Shown here: piece after piece, positions 1-14,239 of the stretch
Layout: each line of letters opens with the position of its first letter
Numbering within the stretch: the first letter of the stretch is position 1
Assembly: GCF_009914755.1 (NCBI RefSeq)
Contig: NC_060930.1
Strand: one strand, 5' to 3'
Length of the DNA stretch: 64,000 nucleotides
From: the human T2T-CHM13v2.0 reference genome, Homo sapiens
Translations under genes and position numbers: made by a program
The notes under the pieces: model-generated
Told to the model about the DNA's origin: nothing
Databases searched by the model: none
What the model saw: only the letters and a program-made list of their open reading frames with translations

Positions 1-455
1 AATATTGAGGCTTACTATTACAGACAATTATCCATCTATGGTGTTACATCTTGCATCATTCTTCCACCACAGAATACCCTCCAGCTGCTTTCACTCACTG
101 AGAGCTTCTCAGACCTTGAAGTCAAGAATACTATAAATTGGAAGATTTGACTACTCATTCGCCTGGAAATGTCCACATTAAATAACAATTTAAAAAAATA
201 TTAGCTATGGGCTCTTCGGCACTAAATGCCCTGTAATTTTCCTTTAAGTTATAAAAGCCGAATACTTGGCAGGGTGTTTCTACTTTCTCCAGCCTATTCG
301 AAGCCTTTCAAGTGTTAATTAGTGGTGATAGCCTTTCCACCTTCACTTCTGGCCAGTGCCCAGCAACCTTTACTAAGCTGCACTACACTTAAAGTTCTTC
401 ACAAGTCATTCTGGAAGCCTAGTCTGGGGATGGAGGTCTGCTTTAAGCCGCAGTT

Positions 456-501
456 ATTAAAAGTAGTGGCAAAAACTGCAATTACCTTTGCACCAACCTG
501 A
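456..501. mobile_element. MADE1 (Hsmar1-derived MITE), half element
   Basis: aaagtagtggcaaaaactgcaattacctttgcaccaacct matches one arm of the MADE1 consensus. Confidence 0.85.
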
Positions 502-829
502 TAATTATCAATATGAAGTATTGTGAAATAAACATAGAAATTTTGGAATTCCTCCCCTTCTGAGTTTTGACACACCTAAATGTTTACTGAAAGGAATTCA
601 GAAGAGGCAAACCAAGCCTGGAGACTCTCAGAAAGAAGAATAAACAATCCAAGTGAGCTTCAAGACTCAAATTTGCCTATAAACTAGCCTGTGTCTCAGA
701 CCCTTATGTGTTCTTTGATGTGGTTATATATCAGTGAAAAGGGACACAACAAGTACCAATATAGGAGTGAGTTAAAAGTCAAGGTGCCCTAGAGATAAAG
801 TTGATAAAGTACCTCTCCCATGTGGGTAG

Positions 830-970
830 TAATAATAATACTTAAAACTATGTCAAATCACTTTGGAGTGGTTGCTGTGCTAGGCATCTTTCTAAGTAGT
901 TTCCATGCATTATTTAATTGGATTCCACAAATGCCCTACAGTTAGGTATTAATAGTATCCTCTTTTAGTA
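830..970 (-). mobile_element. MIR fragment
   Basis: tgtgctaggcatctttctaag...ccctacagttaggtattaatagtatcc resembles the reverse MIR core and 3' end. Confidence 0.6.
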
Positions 971-3389
971 GTTTTTATTAGGCTCTTCTAATTTAAAATA
1001 ATCACTGAAAATTATATTTTATATATATGTGAAAAAGAAAACCATTGATATCTGGTTCAATGAAAATCATTCAAAGATGATATTTAACCTTAAATTGTAA
1101 ATTTGGTTAAGAATTATGTATATCTTATGCAAAGTTGCTACTCTAGATACAGAAGTTAGCAATCTTTTAAGAGTAACATATAATGTGGTTTGAAATATGT
1201 GCATGATTGACTCTGGCTTGCCCCATGAGAGATGTGCATGTTTTCTTAAAATATTTATTCAGTAAAGACTGTGGAGCAACCTCAGTCCATTATAAAACCT
1301 GACCCACCTTAGAAGAAAGGAAAGGAAAGCAAGTCCCCAAAATGGCATCAATGGCATTTTAGCAAATAAACCCTTGCTCTTAACAAAATTTATTTTGGCA
1401 GCATAAAAACTTTTGTGTATACTTCCATTGTGCAGAGAACAAGACCGTCAGAAAATGAGACCGTGTCGTATAAGGTTGTGCAGCTGTTGAGAGGGACGGA
1501 CACAGGGGTTCTTCAAATGTGGAGGTATTGGTTGAAAAAAAAAAAAAGGCTGCATCAATTTAGACAGCATAGGTATCCTCCACAGTTGTCTTACAACCTA
1601 CTGGGAAAAGTTGTCCAATTCCTACAAGTATTAAAATGGCCATCTGCCTCACAAATGCCACTATACTGAGTTCTACAAGAGAAGGGACTTACAAATAATC
1701 AAAGCAGTAAACCTTAAACAAATAAGCATATAGATTTCTCTTTTAAATGCAAACTTACAGTGGCTCTATGCCAGAGTCTATATTTTTTAGAAAAACTCTA
1801 TCACTGGCATAAATGAAAGAGGCAGTTTGATTTGTGGTCCGAGCAGTTTCCATTCTACTTCCACTGTAACAAATGTATTAATTCAGCTCAGACTTCCTCC
1901 TTCTGGCAGCCCTTTCACTGTAAAAAGAGAAATTAGAAGTTCCAGCCAAATACCATACCTTGAACTGACCCACTTCAATACATAAACACTTTTACAACAT
2001 GTTTATTCAGGTGTAGCACTTGAAATTGGTTTAAGATGTTTCCAGTGACAGAGAGCTTAGCAAAAGAAAAAAAAAAGAACTGAGAAACTTAACTGTTATA
2101 GAATAGAATAACTAGCAATCTGTTCTTTAAATTTTTTCATTTTTTTTTTTCTGTCTTGGAGTACAACATAAAAAAGTATTTGACGAAGCTTTTATTTTGA
2201 TATTTTAATGAAGTGTTAATTTAACAGGAGCTAAATTTTAACTTGTATACATTGATGACTGCAGAAATCATTTTTAATGTATGATCTTTCTAATACTGAA
2301 ATAGGTTTGCTGAGAGATGTTCATAAATGGAATACAATAAAATCAATTTTCCATTCATTACAACACACACTGACTCTTTTATAGTTAAATAAGCACTTAA
2401 CAAGAAGTTCCAAGTTTCCTTTGGGTTGCCAGGGGGTTTCTTTTGTTATTATTCCAAAGACTTTCAATATTTTAATTTTTATCTGTGGAGAAATAATACG
2501 GATCTGAAGATTTATGTTCTAAAAACTGAAAAGATGTGTGTATGTTACAAATACGGGTTTCTTGGGTTTTACAAAGGTGGATATTGTATTTGAAGCAAAG
2601 TACCCTCCAAACCAATGTGAACTCCCTTTAAAATAACTTTTAATATTATTAAGTTTCCTCTTGGTTTCCTTTTTACTTCAGCAATGGAGTGACTATTAAG
2701 ATTCCACAAGTTAATGCTTGCTCAGTTACCCTTGGTCTTGAGCTACACCATAGATGCATTAACTATTTGACCTAGTATTTCAGAAACAATACACTTATAT
2801 TGATTATGTTGACTAAACCTTTTCAAAGACTGAATAGTTATTTTAGTAGAAGTACTGAGAGAAACCCAGACTACACCGTATGTATTAAAAAAAAAGTAAA
2901 TTCTTTATAAAACTTTATTTGAACTTTTTAAATGATATTATTAAACATACAGTATGTTTTAGATATTGCAAATATATAACTGAAGAAGCCTACCTAAAGC
3001 ATTTTGATTTAGAAACACATTACCTTTACATGTGTGTATCAACATGGATTTAATTTTCAAAGCTGATTCTTGTTTTAGAGTAGTTTCTAGTTTAAAAACA
3101 TACATAAAGATGAAGCATTGAATATACAGTGGAAATGAAAATGGGGGTGAGGTAACAAAAAGAACATTAAAATAAAGTATGGTAAGGATACCAGCTTGAG
3201 CCCAAGCTTAGTCACCTTAGGATTCAGACACATCCAGGCATAGCTAGAACAGTGATAGATTTGATTCGCCAGGCATATATTTAAAGAAGATTGAGCAATT
3301 TTGTGGGCAAGAAGTCATCTTAAGAAAAAGATGAGCTGCAGTGATATTTTTTTAAGTCTATAACTCAGAGTTACTTCTGGCACAGCTTC

Positions 3390-3990
3390 AATAGATGCAT
3401 GTTTAACTCCTAGAAAGAAAGGGAATCAAAGAAAATCTAATACATCCCTTTTACCCAAAGTCTCTAAAATACTGGGAAGACAAGGTAGCACTACTTTGGA
3501 ACTTAGTTAACAGACTGGCAGAAGTGGTGAACAAAGATTCTCTCTATATGAGAAGAATGGCTTCTGAGCAGTTCCACATTGGGTCAGGATGGCAGCAACA
3601 GAATGATCTCCGAAATTATCTTCTGTATTAGTCATCAGCATTGACTTCAAAGAGTAGTACCAGCTCAAAGCTGAGCGGAGCAGCAATCTGACAACACTGG
3701 GAGTTTTAATGTGCATCAATAACTATACCAAAGCAAAGCAAGAGACAATGCCAGTGATGGGATAAAGTGGCTCCAATTGCAAGAGAAAAATTCCCTTGTA
3801 TGATATCCATGTCTTGATGTGGACACTGGAAAGAGGGTAGGGATGTGATCTGCTAAATGGATGGGGTGGTAATAGGAGGTAAAAAGCTTGGTTGCTGGAA
3901 GCTGTTCAAGCTTAAACACACAAATGGGAGGGAAGAAGAGACAGCAGAGAGGAGATTGAAAGGGTTCTTGAAGGATGTGCCAACATTTCA
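3390..3990 (-). mobile_element. Probable L2 fragment
   Basis: Degenerate purine-rich stretch with L2-like segments (gatgtggacactggaaag, gggatgtgatctgct); boundaries approximate. Confidence 0.4.
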
Positions 3991-5953
3991 GTGATCTTGC
4001 TGGTGGCAGTTAGACCCAAAGAAACATTGTTTATTCCTAATTATTTCAGGTTTGGGTATCATATAATACTTGGATTATGAAATGAAAGTGGTAATGACTA
4101 TAACTGTAGGCATCCAGAGTTTGTTATTGACATAGATATTGTCTTTTTGTATTTACAAAAACAAAACAAAACAAAAAACAAACAAAAATATTAAATATTT
4201 GCTCGTGAAAAGTTTTTTAAGAAATATTTATACCTTGTCCATCTTATTTTCTCCTCAAAATTATTGTACCAGAATCATAAAGAAACAATTTGAGCAGCAA
4301 ATATATGGGTATATTATTTTACAGTTTTATTAACTCAGTGAACAAAGATAGGATTGGACTGATATCTTCTAAGAAATTATTATTCTATTCATAAAGAGAT
4401 CAAGAAGGATGTAGATGAGGCTGGAGCGCTGAACTACTAAATTTTGTCATAATTGGGGCTGGAGATTCAATCCTTCTAGATCTGCTACTCTAACCCAAAT
4501 GACTTCATATAAGTACTGAGGTTAGTGTATTGTGGTCACATTTGCCTAAGAACACAACTGAAACTATTTCAAATTTATAGTCACAGGGAAGGTAGACTGG
4601 CAAACCAAAGCTCTATCCCAGACTCACCGGTTTTGTATTTCAGACCACTCCTTTTGGAAAATATGATTTTCAAAATGTTTATTTCTTTCAAAACAGAGTT
4701 ATTAAAGGAGATTCTGACATAAAACAGCTCTTCAGACACATGTTGATGTTATAAGGATAAGTGGTTCCAAATATGATCATTGAGTTTCCCTCTAGGATAC
4801 ACAGTTTGAAAAACATTCATTTGAGGATTTATCAGAGTCTAAACGTTGATATCACTTTGAGATGTTAGCATACATTCCAGTTCGTTTTTTTCTCCTCTAA
4901 ACCCACGGTAATTGACTGCTTAACCCAAAACACCTGTGATGGAACTTGTGCACAAATTATCTTTTCTTCATTTCAAAAATGGCTCTTGCAGTATCCGTTA
5001 TGGACTCCTTAGCAGTAGTCAAATCAGTGTATTATCTCCCATCCACACATCTATCTGATCTTCACTTATTTTCAACCTGTGATTAACTTTGATTCTGGTA
5101 CTGTGAAATTATGGATTATATGACTCTAAATTATACTAGAATTCTACCCTTTTTAGAAACTGATCATTTAAAACGTACAGAATTCACCACCCAGCATACA
5201 GAATAAATCATTTTTATATGAGATTTTAAGGAATGTGAGGAAGATAGAATCTTGTCTACTTAAATTCTATATATACTTAAATTTACTATAATCTTAAATT
5301 AAGTATATTGTAATCTAGCTACAAATTTCAACTTTGTTATACTTTGATGAAAAATTTGCATCTTTTGTAGTTTTATTGTAAAAGCGCAGACCTGTTGCCA
5401 GAGTTAAGTATACAGACTTGAAGTATCACAAACAGAAATTTAGCGTTCCTCCTTACTACTTTCTTGTTTTTCAAATGGTTTAATTGCTTTATAAATTCAA
5501 ACAAAAATAAGGAAAAGTTGGGATTTTAAACTATTTTTTAAGTATTAAAATTTTCTTTTAACTGTAGAGAACAGGATAAGATTTTTGAGTGATTCTTCAC
5601 AGTAATTCTGGGGTTCTGTTTAACAAATGAGGTTTGGCGTACAATACCTTGGCTGGACTTTTCTCTTCTCTTCTTTTTACTGACATTTAAAAGAGTAATC
5701 TAAAAAAAAAGCCACTTTGCCAGTATTATATATTGATAATTATATATTATTGGTAATGTGTGAAAATCAAAGGAAGGGACAAATGTAATAATATGTACAA
5801 ACAAGCATAGGATTCTGTGGCTCATAAGTAAAGGGGAAAAAAAGACGGACTGGAAAAATGAAATCCAGGAAGGGCTATTATTAGTAGCAGTACCCTGACA
5901 CACTGATATGAACTATGAGTTGAGAGTTTTCTGTGGATAAGAAACGTGCTTAT

Positions 5954-6086
5954 GGCCAGGAATGGTGGCTCACGCCTGTAATCCCAGCACTTTGGGAGGC
6001 CAAGGTGGGCCAATCACAAGGTCAGAAGATCGAGACCATTCTGGTTAACACAGTGAAACCCCATCACTACTAAAAAAAAAAAAAAA

Positions 6087-6118
<32 letters not shown>

Positions 6119-6120
6119 AA
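5954..6120 (+). mobile_element. Alu left monomer only (AluY/Sc-type) with A/(GAAA)n tail
   Basis: ggccaggaatggtggctcacgcctgtaatcc...gatcgagaccattctggttaacacagtgaaacccc followed directly by the tail. TSD aagaaacgtg(c/g)tta at 5939-5952 and 6115-6128. Confidence 0.93.
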
Positions 6121-7226
6121 CGTGGTTACAACTCCTGGTAACATATAGCAGTAGAAGAAATCCATTTTTCTATATGATTTGGGTATGTTAGGGATAAAGA
6201 AGTTTAAAGGGGATAGAGATTTTTTAAAGTGTTGACATTCTTTCTAAAAATTTTGCAGAAGATACTGTCGTGCCCCACAGTTTGATAAAGTGACGGGGCT
6301 TAGAAAAGAAACGGGATATTTGGTCAGAAACATTGGCAGGATAACTAAAGTCATGCAGGGGGAGAAACACAAACCCTTGAGAACCCAAGCTCATGAGGCT
6401 CCAGGAAGTAGGGCCTGAGGACAGAGAAGCTGAGAACTGTAAAGCAGCATGGCCAGAGGTTTGTGCCCAGTTGTGGAAGCTGTCCAGAATGCTGAAATGT
6501 TTTATTGCATGGAGGGCAGGACTGAGGTGATGGAAAATGATTAGTTTCCTTCCATGGGACATCACTCTGAAATGAGGGGCTTGCTGTCTCGGGCATGACA
6601 AGCCCAACAAATGTGTTTTACTTGGTCCCTATTTTCAGCCGCTAGAAATATGAATCTCACGCTAGGGATTGTAGTTTACCTCCACAAAAGCACTTACTTT
6701 TTAATAGCTCTTGTCTTTATATATAGCACCTTTCCCCTGAGGTCCTATGAACTTTACAGACATCATCTGTCACATGCCCCAAAAAGATTGGTTAGCAGTT
6801 GGTCTTATAGCCCTCATTTATTTTAAGAAAGTAGAAACATTCTTTTCACAAAATCATGAGAACAGTGAATTATTTTTCTTCTTCTTCTCCAGTTATTATG
6901 TGACTTTTTAAAATAAAAATTATACATATCTTAAATGAAAGAATCTTTTCCTTCAGAAGCCTGGGGGATTTTAGTAAAACTATAGGGAAGCAGAATTTCA
7001 GCAGAAATCAACCAAAAACTTTAAAAACTCTTTCTTTGTGTTACAACATCAATGACAAAAAGCTTTTAGATGTCAAACACATTTTAGTTTGTTTCACAGC
7101 AGTGAAATTTTAGTATTCTGCATTTTACCTATAGTAATTAAAGTGGTCTTTGAAACTTAGTTACTTGGGAAACTTACTGAGTATCTAAAGGAGATACTCT
7201 TTTACCAGCTACTATATTATTCCAAA

Positions 7227-7486
7227 TTTTTTTTTTTTTTTTTTGAGATGGAGTCTCGTTCTGTCGCCCAGGCTGGAGCGCAGTGATGTGATTTCGGCTC
7301 ACTGCAACCTCAGCCTCCCAAGTTCAAGTGATTCTCCTCCTTCAGACTCCTGAGTAGCTAGGACTAGAGGCATGTGCCACCACACCTGGTGAAGTTTTTG
7401 TATTTTTTTAGTAGAGACAGGGTTTCACCATGTTGACCAGGCTGGTCTCAAACTCCTGACCACAGGTGATTCACCCACCTCGGCCT
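7227..7486 (-). mobile_element. Alu (AluS-type), 5'-truncated
   Basis: Poly-T then gagatggagtctcg...ctcctgacc...cacctcggcct. Confidence 0.95.
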
Positions 7487-7754
7487 ATCATACAGAAAAT
7501 CTATTTGTTAAATATTTGACCTTCCCTTTTGATTTGTACATGAACCTATCAAATGATCATAGGCTACTTCCAGGATCTTTGGATCAGTCTAGTACCAGCA
7601 AAATAGAAGAAAAATAAATTATTCGGCACCTAATAAAGAAAGTGAAAAAAAAAGTGAACTATATTTTCTAAAATATGCAGTAGAGAACTGATACTGAGAT
7701 ACCTAATGTAATATGCCATAGTAACTACTTCTGCAGGAACACATTTTGAATGCT

Positions 7755-7910
7755 GCTACCACAAAGAAATAATAAACGTTTAAAATGATGGATATGATAA
7801 TCACTTTGATTTGGTCATTACACTTTGTACACATGCATTGAAACACCACATTGTACCGCAAAAATATGTGCAATATTGTTTCAATTATAAATAAAAAGTA
7901 AATTTAAAAA
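7755..7910 (+). mobile_element. L1MA-type 3' end fragment
   Basis: gatggatatgataatcactttgatttggtcattacactttgtacacatgcattgaaacaccacattgtacc...aaataaaa. Confidence 0.75.
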
Positions 7911-10499
7911 TGTGGAGTTTTAGTATTTGGGGCTTATTTTCTTCACATATGAAGGCTGATCATAAAGCATTCTTCTGAGTAGAAGGAAGCAGAATTTTTC
8001 TTCACCATTTTTTCATGTATCTGGCTATGGCCAGAAGGCCATCTAGCCTGCCCCACATAAGGGACGAGTTACAAGGTGAAATCTTACACCACCATGATTC
8101 CTTGCTGGCCTCCAGAACAAAAGCATCCTGAACCATTTGCATGCAAAATAATAGCTGGTTTCCAAGAGTGTTTTCTTGTGCTCAATCTAGGTCAGCAGTG
8201 TCATCTGACCTCATAGCATAAGTACAACTTCCATATTTCTATCAGTTGTGTTACTTCAGAGAAAAATAACGTGAAGAATACTTCTACATATAAACATAAC
8301 TGGTACCTGAGAGTAATAAGAAGCGTGTCTGAAAGGATCAGGGACATTGGGAATTGAAAAAGCCAATTCAACATTTCTGAAATTAAGAGAGAAGCAACAG
8401 CTGCCATGTACTGAAGACAACTATTTTACCAGTTGATTTGTATACATCTTATTTACTCCTCACAGCAAAGCAACTGTTATCCTCTTAAAATAAGGCTCAA
8501 AAAAGAGTCAGATTTTTAACTCAGCCTTGTCACACTACTAAAGTAGTATGCTTTTCCTCTAAGTACACAGTAGTCCACTTTTTAGAGATTGGTGAATACT
8601 TTCATCTTGGGTTCCTGTATAAATATTTTCACCTTGAGAAGAATGGAGGAAAAATAGCCTGTCAGTGGCATACGTATTGTAGTTTCCAAGAATAATGTTA
8701 TAGCTGCTTCTTTCGTTAAGTTCAGGATCAGACTTTCCTTAGTAAGTAAGTAGGAAGATGAAGACTCAATACTTCTTATTAGCCATAAGAAGGCAGGTGG
8801 CTTCCCCAGTTCCTATTCCACTCTAATTGAAACTTAGATTCAATTACTGTCACACTACAGAGAAATTAGCATACATTTTTAAGGAGTGGGGATATATAAT
8901 TTAATTGTCAAAGTAGTATTAGTCTAATCCAAATTTTGATTGCCACTTCCAATATATACTACTGGATTTGATGGTTAGATGCCTTTGTTTTTTGTTTGTT
9001 TGTTTCTGTTTTGGTTTTCCTCTCTCTCTTATAATCTTATTACCCGCATGCCAAAATTTAACTCTCAGCAGTATAGATACACTGTGGTTGCTCATGCCTT
9101 ATAAGGATTAAAGGTTCTCTTTTCTTCTCACTTGTGCTCTCTGCTCAGGATACAAATACCAGCACTACTGCTAGTTTTGCAATATATCTTTGAGAGATAT
9201 GTCAACAATAAGTTAAACTTAAGTAGAAAGAAAAGAAAAGAAAGAGTCAACCCTAGTGTATGATGACAATAAGTAGTATTTTATATTTTTCATGATCCTA
9301 AATTGATATTACCATGAAAATATTTACCCCACAGATCATCAGTTTAGCTAGAGTCTAGAAGAGAAAATATAACAAACAACAAAAACTAAAAAATATTTCT
9401 GACTTTGGCATTTGTTTGGTAAGACTGGTGCTCTATAGTTACTGTTCTGAATTAGGGAAAATCAAAAACAGAAATACAGATGTAGCCAAGCACTTCTGAA
9501 CCCCTTTTCATTAAAAGAAACCTTAAAAATTAGTAAAATATATATTTTGCCAGATAGTGAACCACAACTAACTCCTGTTTGTAACTGCTTACTTTAAATC
9601 AATAATTTTAAAACCTTTTTTCATATATGTTTTTTAGTTGCGATGCTGAACTTTGGATAAGCAAACTATGTTAACCATATGGCTCTCATTCAAATATAAA
9701 TAAACTAAATTAAAACAAAAGCTAAGACTTCCGAATTAAGTTATTGTGATCTGCCAGTGTAAGATGTTCTTAAGTATGATCAAACCTGCAATTCTCCCCT
9801 TACATATGTTACCTGCTTTGGGACTTGAAGAAGAGAACTGTCGTTTCTTAGTAACTAGACTATGCCAAATGTTTCAGATATTATTCTTTTTAAAATGTTT
9901 ACTGCTATGTAATTATCCTAAGAGGACATAACAAAGAGATGCAAGTCTTCAAAAGAAAAAAAGACTATTTTTAAAATATTGTTTATACAATGTACATGAT
10001 AAAACAGCAAAATTTAGTCTTTCAATTTATTATTGAATATATTCTATAATCAATAACTATAAAGAGAAATTATTTCCTGCCTAAGAATCATCATACAAGA
10101 CTAAATTAAGAAGAGGGGGTTTGTTATCAAGTTCTAAATAAAAAGATTAAATTTGACTAAATTTCATGTTGAAGTGAATCATCAGCAGATGAAAAGTTTC
10201 TTTTTCTCCTTTCCTATTTATTAATTTATCAAATTAACTATAATTACACAAAGAGACAAAAGAAAAGGTTGATTTAGAAAATAAAAAATGTGACAGAATT
10301 ACTGTTACATATTGTGGACCACATCACAATTAAACTCCAGGCAGAAAATATAAAAACCCAAAAATAATTCCCAACAGATACAGCAAAAATTCAATTCTCT
10401 CCCTTATAATCATTTTTAATGGCATTGTTTTATTTGGAAATTATAACAATACAATTATTTTTCAGTTCAGAATTTATAAAAGACTAATTTAATTTGTAA

Positions 10500-10680
10500 G
10501 AGTCAGCATATAAGAGGGTGGCTCTGAAAACAAATCGTTTTCAGATTTATTCTTAAGCTACATTTACTCGTGTACAAAATGGGTTAAGAAGAAGTAGATA
10601 TTTCATTTAAAGAGCTTAGCAAAATGGTTAACACTGAGTAAGCTCTCAGCAATGTTAGTTTCCACTAATGTTATTTATTT
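10500..10680 (+). mobile_element. MIR fragment
   Basis: taagagggtggctctgaaa...ttaaagagcttagcaaaatggttaacactgagtaagctctcagcaatgttag. Confidence 0.55.
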
Positions 10681-13600
10681 GATTTCAGTTGTCCATCACA
10701 GGAAATGCATGGTTTAAATTCTTACTGAAAATGAATTAAAAATATACCTAGAAAGTTAAACCTGGATTAACTATGTAGAATTTAAAAATACTAAATATTA
10801 GCATGAAAGAACAAATTGATATTGGCAAAAGGTATTGCTGAAATCAGCGTATAAAAAAGAGGATATTTGTATAGACAGAAAATAAGTTGATAAGAAGAAT
10901 GTTTGAAAATACATGGAGTATATTTTATGAAAATTCTATATGGCTAATAAGAGAATTAACGAGATCTCTGGTTGAACCAAGTAGAAATTTAACAGTGATC
11001 CGTTATTTATGTTCAGTTACTCCTGCCATGAAAGACATTTTGCTCATTTGTATGCAGTGGGCAAATGACAAAAAACTAAAGCATACAGGGAAGATTTATG
11101 TTCTCCGATGTGCTTTAAGACATTACGCGAGTTAGAAAACCCATGGGTCACAGCATACGTGGGTTTGGAAAATTAACAAATACTGATTTCAGACCCCAAG
11201 GGAAATCTATGTCATATTTATTTTCAGTAGAAATCTAGTCATGTTTACCATAAATGTACAGGAATTCTCAATGACACTTTTGCTAAACATTCACATTAAA
11301 ATGACCAACATAGTTGTTTCTCTTAGCCACATCTTTTAAATATTTCTCCAAGGCTTGATTTCTTGCAAAAAAAAAAAAATTTTTTCAGAAAGTAACACAT
11401 GGCCATAGATAATTTATGTTTTGATGTTTTTGAAATTTGATGAAAAAATTTGATAAAAGTAGAAGGCACTCTAAAATGTTATGGAAAAATTTAGATTGAG
11501 TTTTATGTTTTGCTATGATACTAAAGCATTTAGTATGGCACTTAAAAAGAAAATACAATCCTGCTAAATGCTGTAAAAAGAACTCTCTAGAAATCTTATT
11601 ATAGATTTTCAACTATGAATTTATATTTGATCCCTAACACAATTACTTGAGAATGTGTATATGCCTGGGTATTCCATGTCTACACACCCATGCATGCGCA
11701 CAGAAAAACATGTCTAACTTTCTCGCTTCTCTTTACCAGTTTCTCCATCACTATTTTTATACCATATCTTAAGTTGGGGTTTGAATGTAACTGTTTAATA
11801 CCAGCCTCCTCTAAGACAATGCATTTCCATTCACTGTACCCTCTCTACATATAGTGTTTTTTTATACATGAATATAATGCTTAAAGTATAAATATATGCT
11901 TAAAGATTACAATTGGCGTACCATTCCATGATGCAGCAAGGTTGTAAGTGACTGTAGAAATTACCTGAAAATTTACATTATGCTGTATAATTCCTAGACA
12001 AGAAGTCAACTAAATAGTGAATTCTTCAAGTCACATAGAGCTTATTCCTCACAGAACAAACAATTCTAAGGCCATTGGCTTCCATTATTCAGGCTTTTTT
12101 TTTCTTTTGTAAAGAGCCCTCAGTTTGCCTTTTATGCACATTGATTTAACTTGTGGACTGTAGAGAAAAAGTTCAATTTTATTTATTAATTTCATTTCTT
12201 CAGGTACTGGAAGATAACTATTCTTCTGCTGTCCTCCTAATTTATTCTTAAATATTAATCCAGAAGTCAAAGCTAATTATCCTTAAACATTAGACAATAC
12301 ATAAAGAACTACTTATTTATAACAATATTTATCTAGAGCAAATCATAAGTGTATATCTTCTTTTTTCCTTTCAGAACCTCCAGCAAGATATGTGATTCTT
12401 TCAGTTTCTTGGATATAGATACTCTCTCATTTGTTTATTTAAAACCAATTGTCATCACCATAAATTCAGCAAAAGGGGAGCCATATGGTTTTATGAACAA
12501 AAATGACTTAATTACTTCAAAAGATAAGATTCAGATAAGAGAAGGAAATATTATCAAATCTTAGAATGTTTAAAAGATCCTCAGATAAGTGGACATAATT
12601 CAACTTTTTGAACTTAGATAAATAATAATGAGAAACTGTAGTCAAAACAGCAGGAGAAAAAGAAAAATATCACCCTTGATCTTTGAATTTCTTCTGCTAC
12701 TTATTAGCACTGTCAGCTGATATTCAGATTACCCAGCCATATAGATCATCTAACCCTTGACACAGATAAATTAAACCTCTGACAACACAGAGGCTTAATT
12801 TGGAGCTCTTTCCCTGAGGTAAAAACCACTCTCTTAGGGATACGAAGAATAACACAACAAACTTAGGCAGATACTTCCATTTAAAAATAGCAGATTCTAG
12901 GACTTACTAAATTTAAGTAGATATTATATTAAGAACTCTGCATTTCTCACACAAATACACTTAAATTTTATAAACCTAAAAGAATATTCAGTTGTAAATT
13001 ATATCTTTGTTTAATATATAATCACATGTGGACTTTAGATACTGGAATATATGTTTCTAATTAGGAATATACTGCAATTCAAAAGATGTGGCAATTTTGG
13101 AAAAACTGAGTTTAACAGAATACATTTAGGAAATATTACTGGATATTTTAATTTGGAAAAGAAATGTTATCAGTATGTTAAATTACTGTGCAGGTAGGAA
13201 TGAAAAACAACCCAATGTTGAAGAAAAAGATGAATCCTGTTCTTTGTTAACATAGCTGTAACAGTTGTCAATTACTGGGAATGAACAACAACAACAAAAA
13301 TTATCACAGGTTGAAAAGGAGAGAACACAGCAACATCCTGGGTAATGAAATGTAAAATTACCCACTTTCAAGATAATTGTCCTGATAACAAAAGACTTTA
13401 TTTGAAGTTTGCAGAATAATATTGGCGAAAATAAAAGAGGATTAAACTGTTGGTACTTTTAGAAAATCTCTGATTTTCTAAAATCTAAATCTCAAAATCT
13501 AAAATCTCAGCTTTCCCAGCATTTTTTGGGAAATACCATTTACATGGTGGAGATTTTATATGGTTTGGTATAAACATCAGCACAACATGTATTAGGGACC

Positions 13601-14239
13601 ATTGGACCCTACTCTTTATCAAAGACTACTAATATTTATTTGATCTTGTGTTCTATGAACATTAAAATCCTGCTTGTAATTCAATTATCTTTGTAAGAAT
13701 CCATTCTACTGTTTAACGCTTACTAATAGGTTTATTAACTCAAATACTAGTAATTTGTCCTGAGGCATTTTAAACAGGAGTTTTTATGCTAATGTTGGCC
13801 AGCCTTTAATAAATTAGCCCCATATATAATCCTATTGCATTACGAAAAGCTTGTTTCCCTTATTTTCATTGATTAAATTAGTAATCTCCAAAAATATGTT
13901 GTTTTTCTAAGAACAAAATGGGTTCATTTCTATTGACTTCACACCCTAGATTGAAACAGGTTAAAACTTTCTTATTAGTAATTATTTTATCAATCAATGT
14001 TATTAAACATGAGCTTAATAACATAACTGCCTATATACTCTGCTGTCAACTCAAAGTTTCAGAATATACATCAATCTGACCTTTTCCCTGTGGACTATCA
14101 CTTGTGAATTTATCTAAAATGTATTTAAATCATCTGCAAAACCTCCACAATAAAAGAACTAGTCCCAAGTTAAAGGAGTGATAACCAGAGCTAATGTAAG
14201 TGAAAAGTCTGTGCAATCTCTAGTCCAATTTATCATACA

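Noticed and set aside
1472-1600. Degenerate inverted repeat (aggttgt...acaacct)
   Set aside because: Only 7 bp pair perfectly and the rest is weak; cannot be distinguished from chance or a decayed DNA transposon.
6224-6610. 128-aa minus-strand ORF
   Set aside because: No recognisable domain, non-ATG start and no supporting exon structure; probably a chance ORF in a decayed LTR-like sequence.
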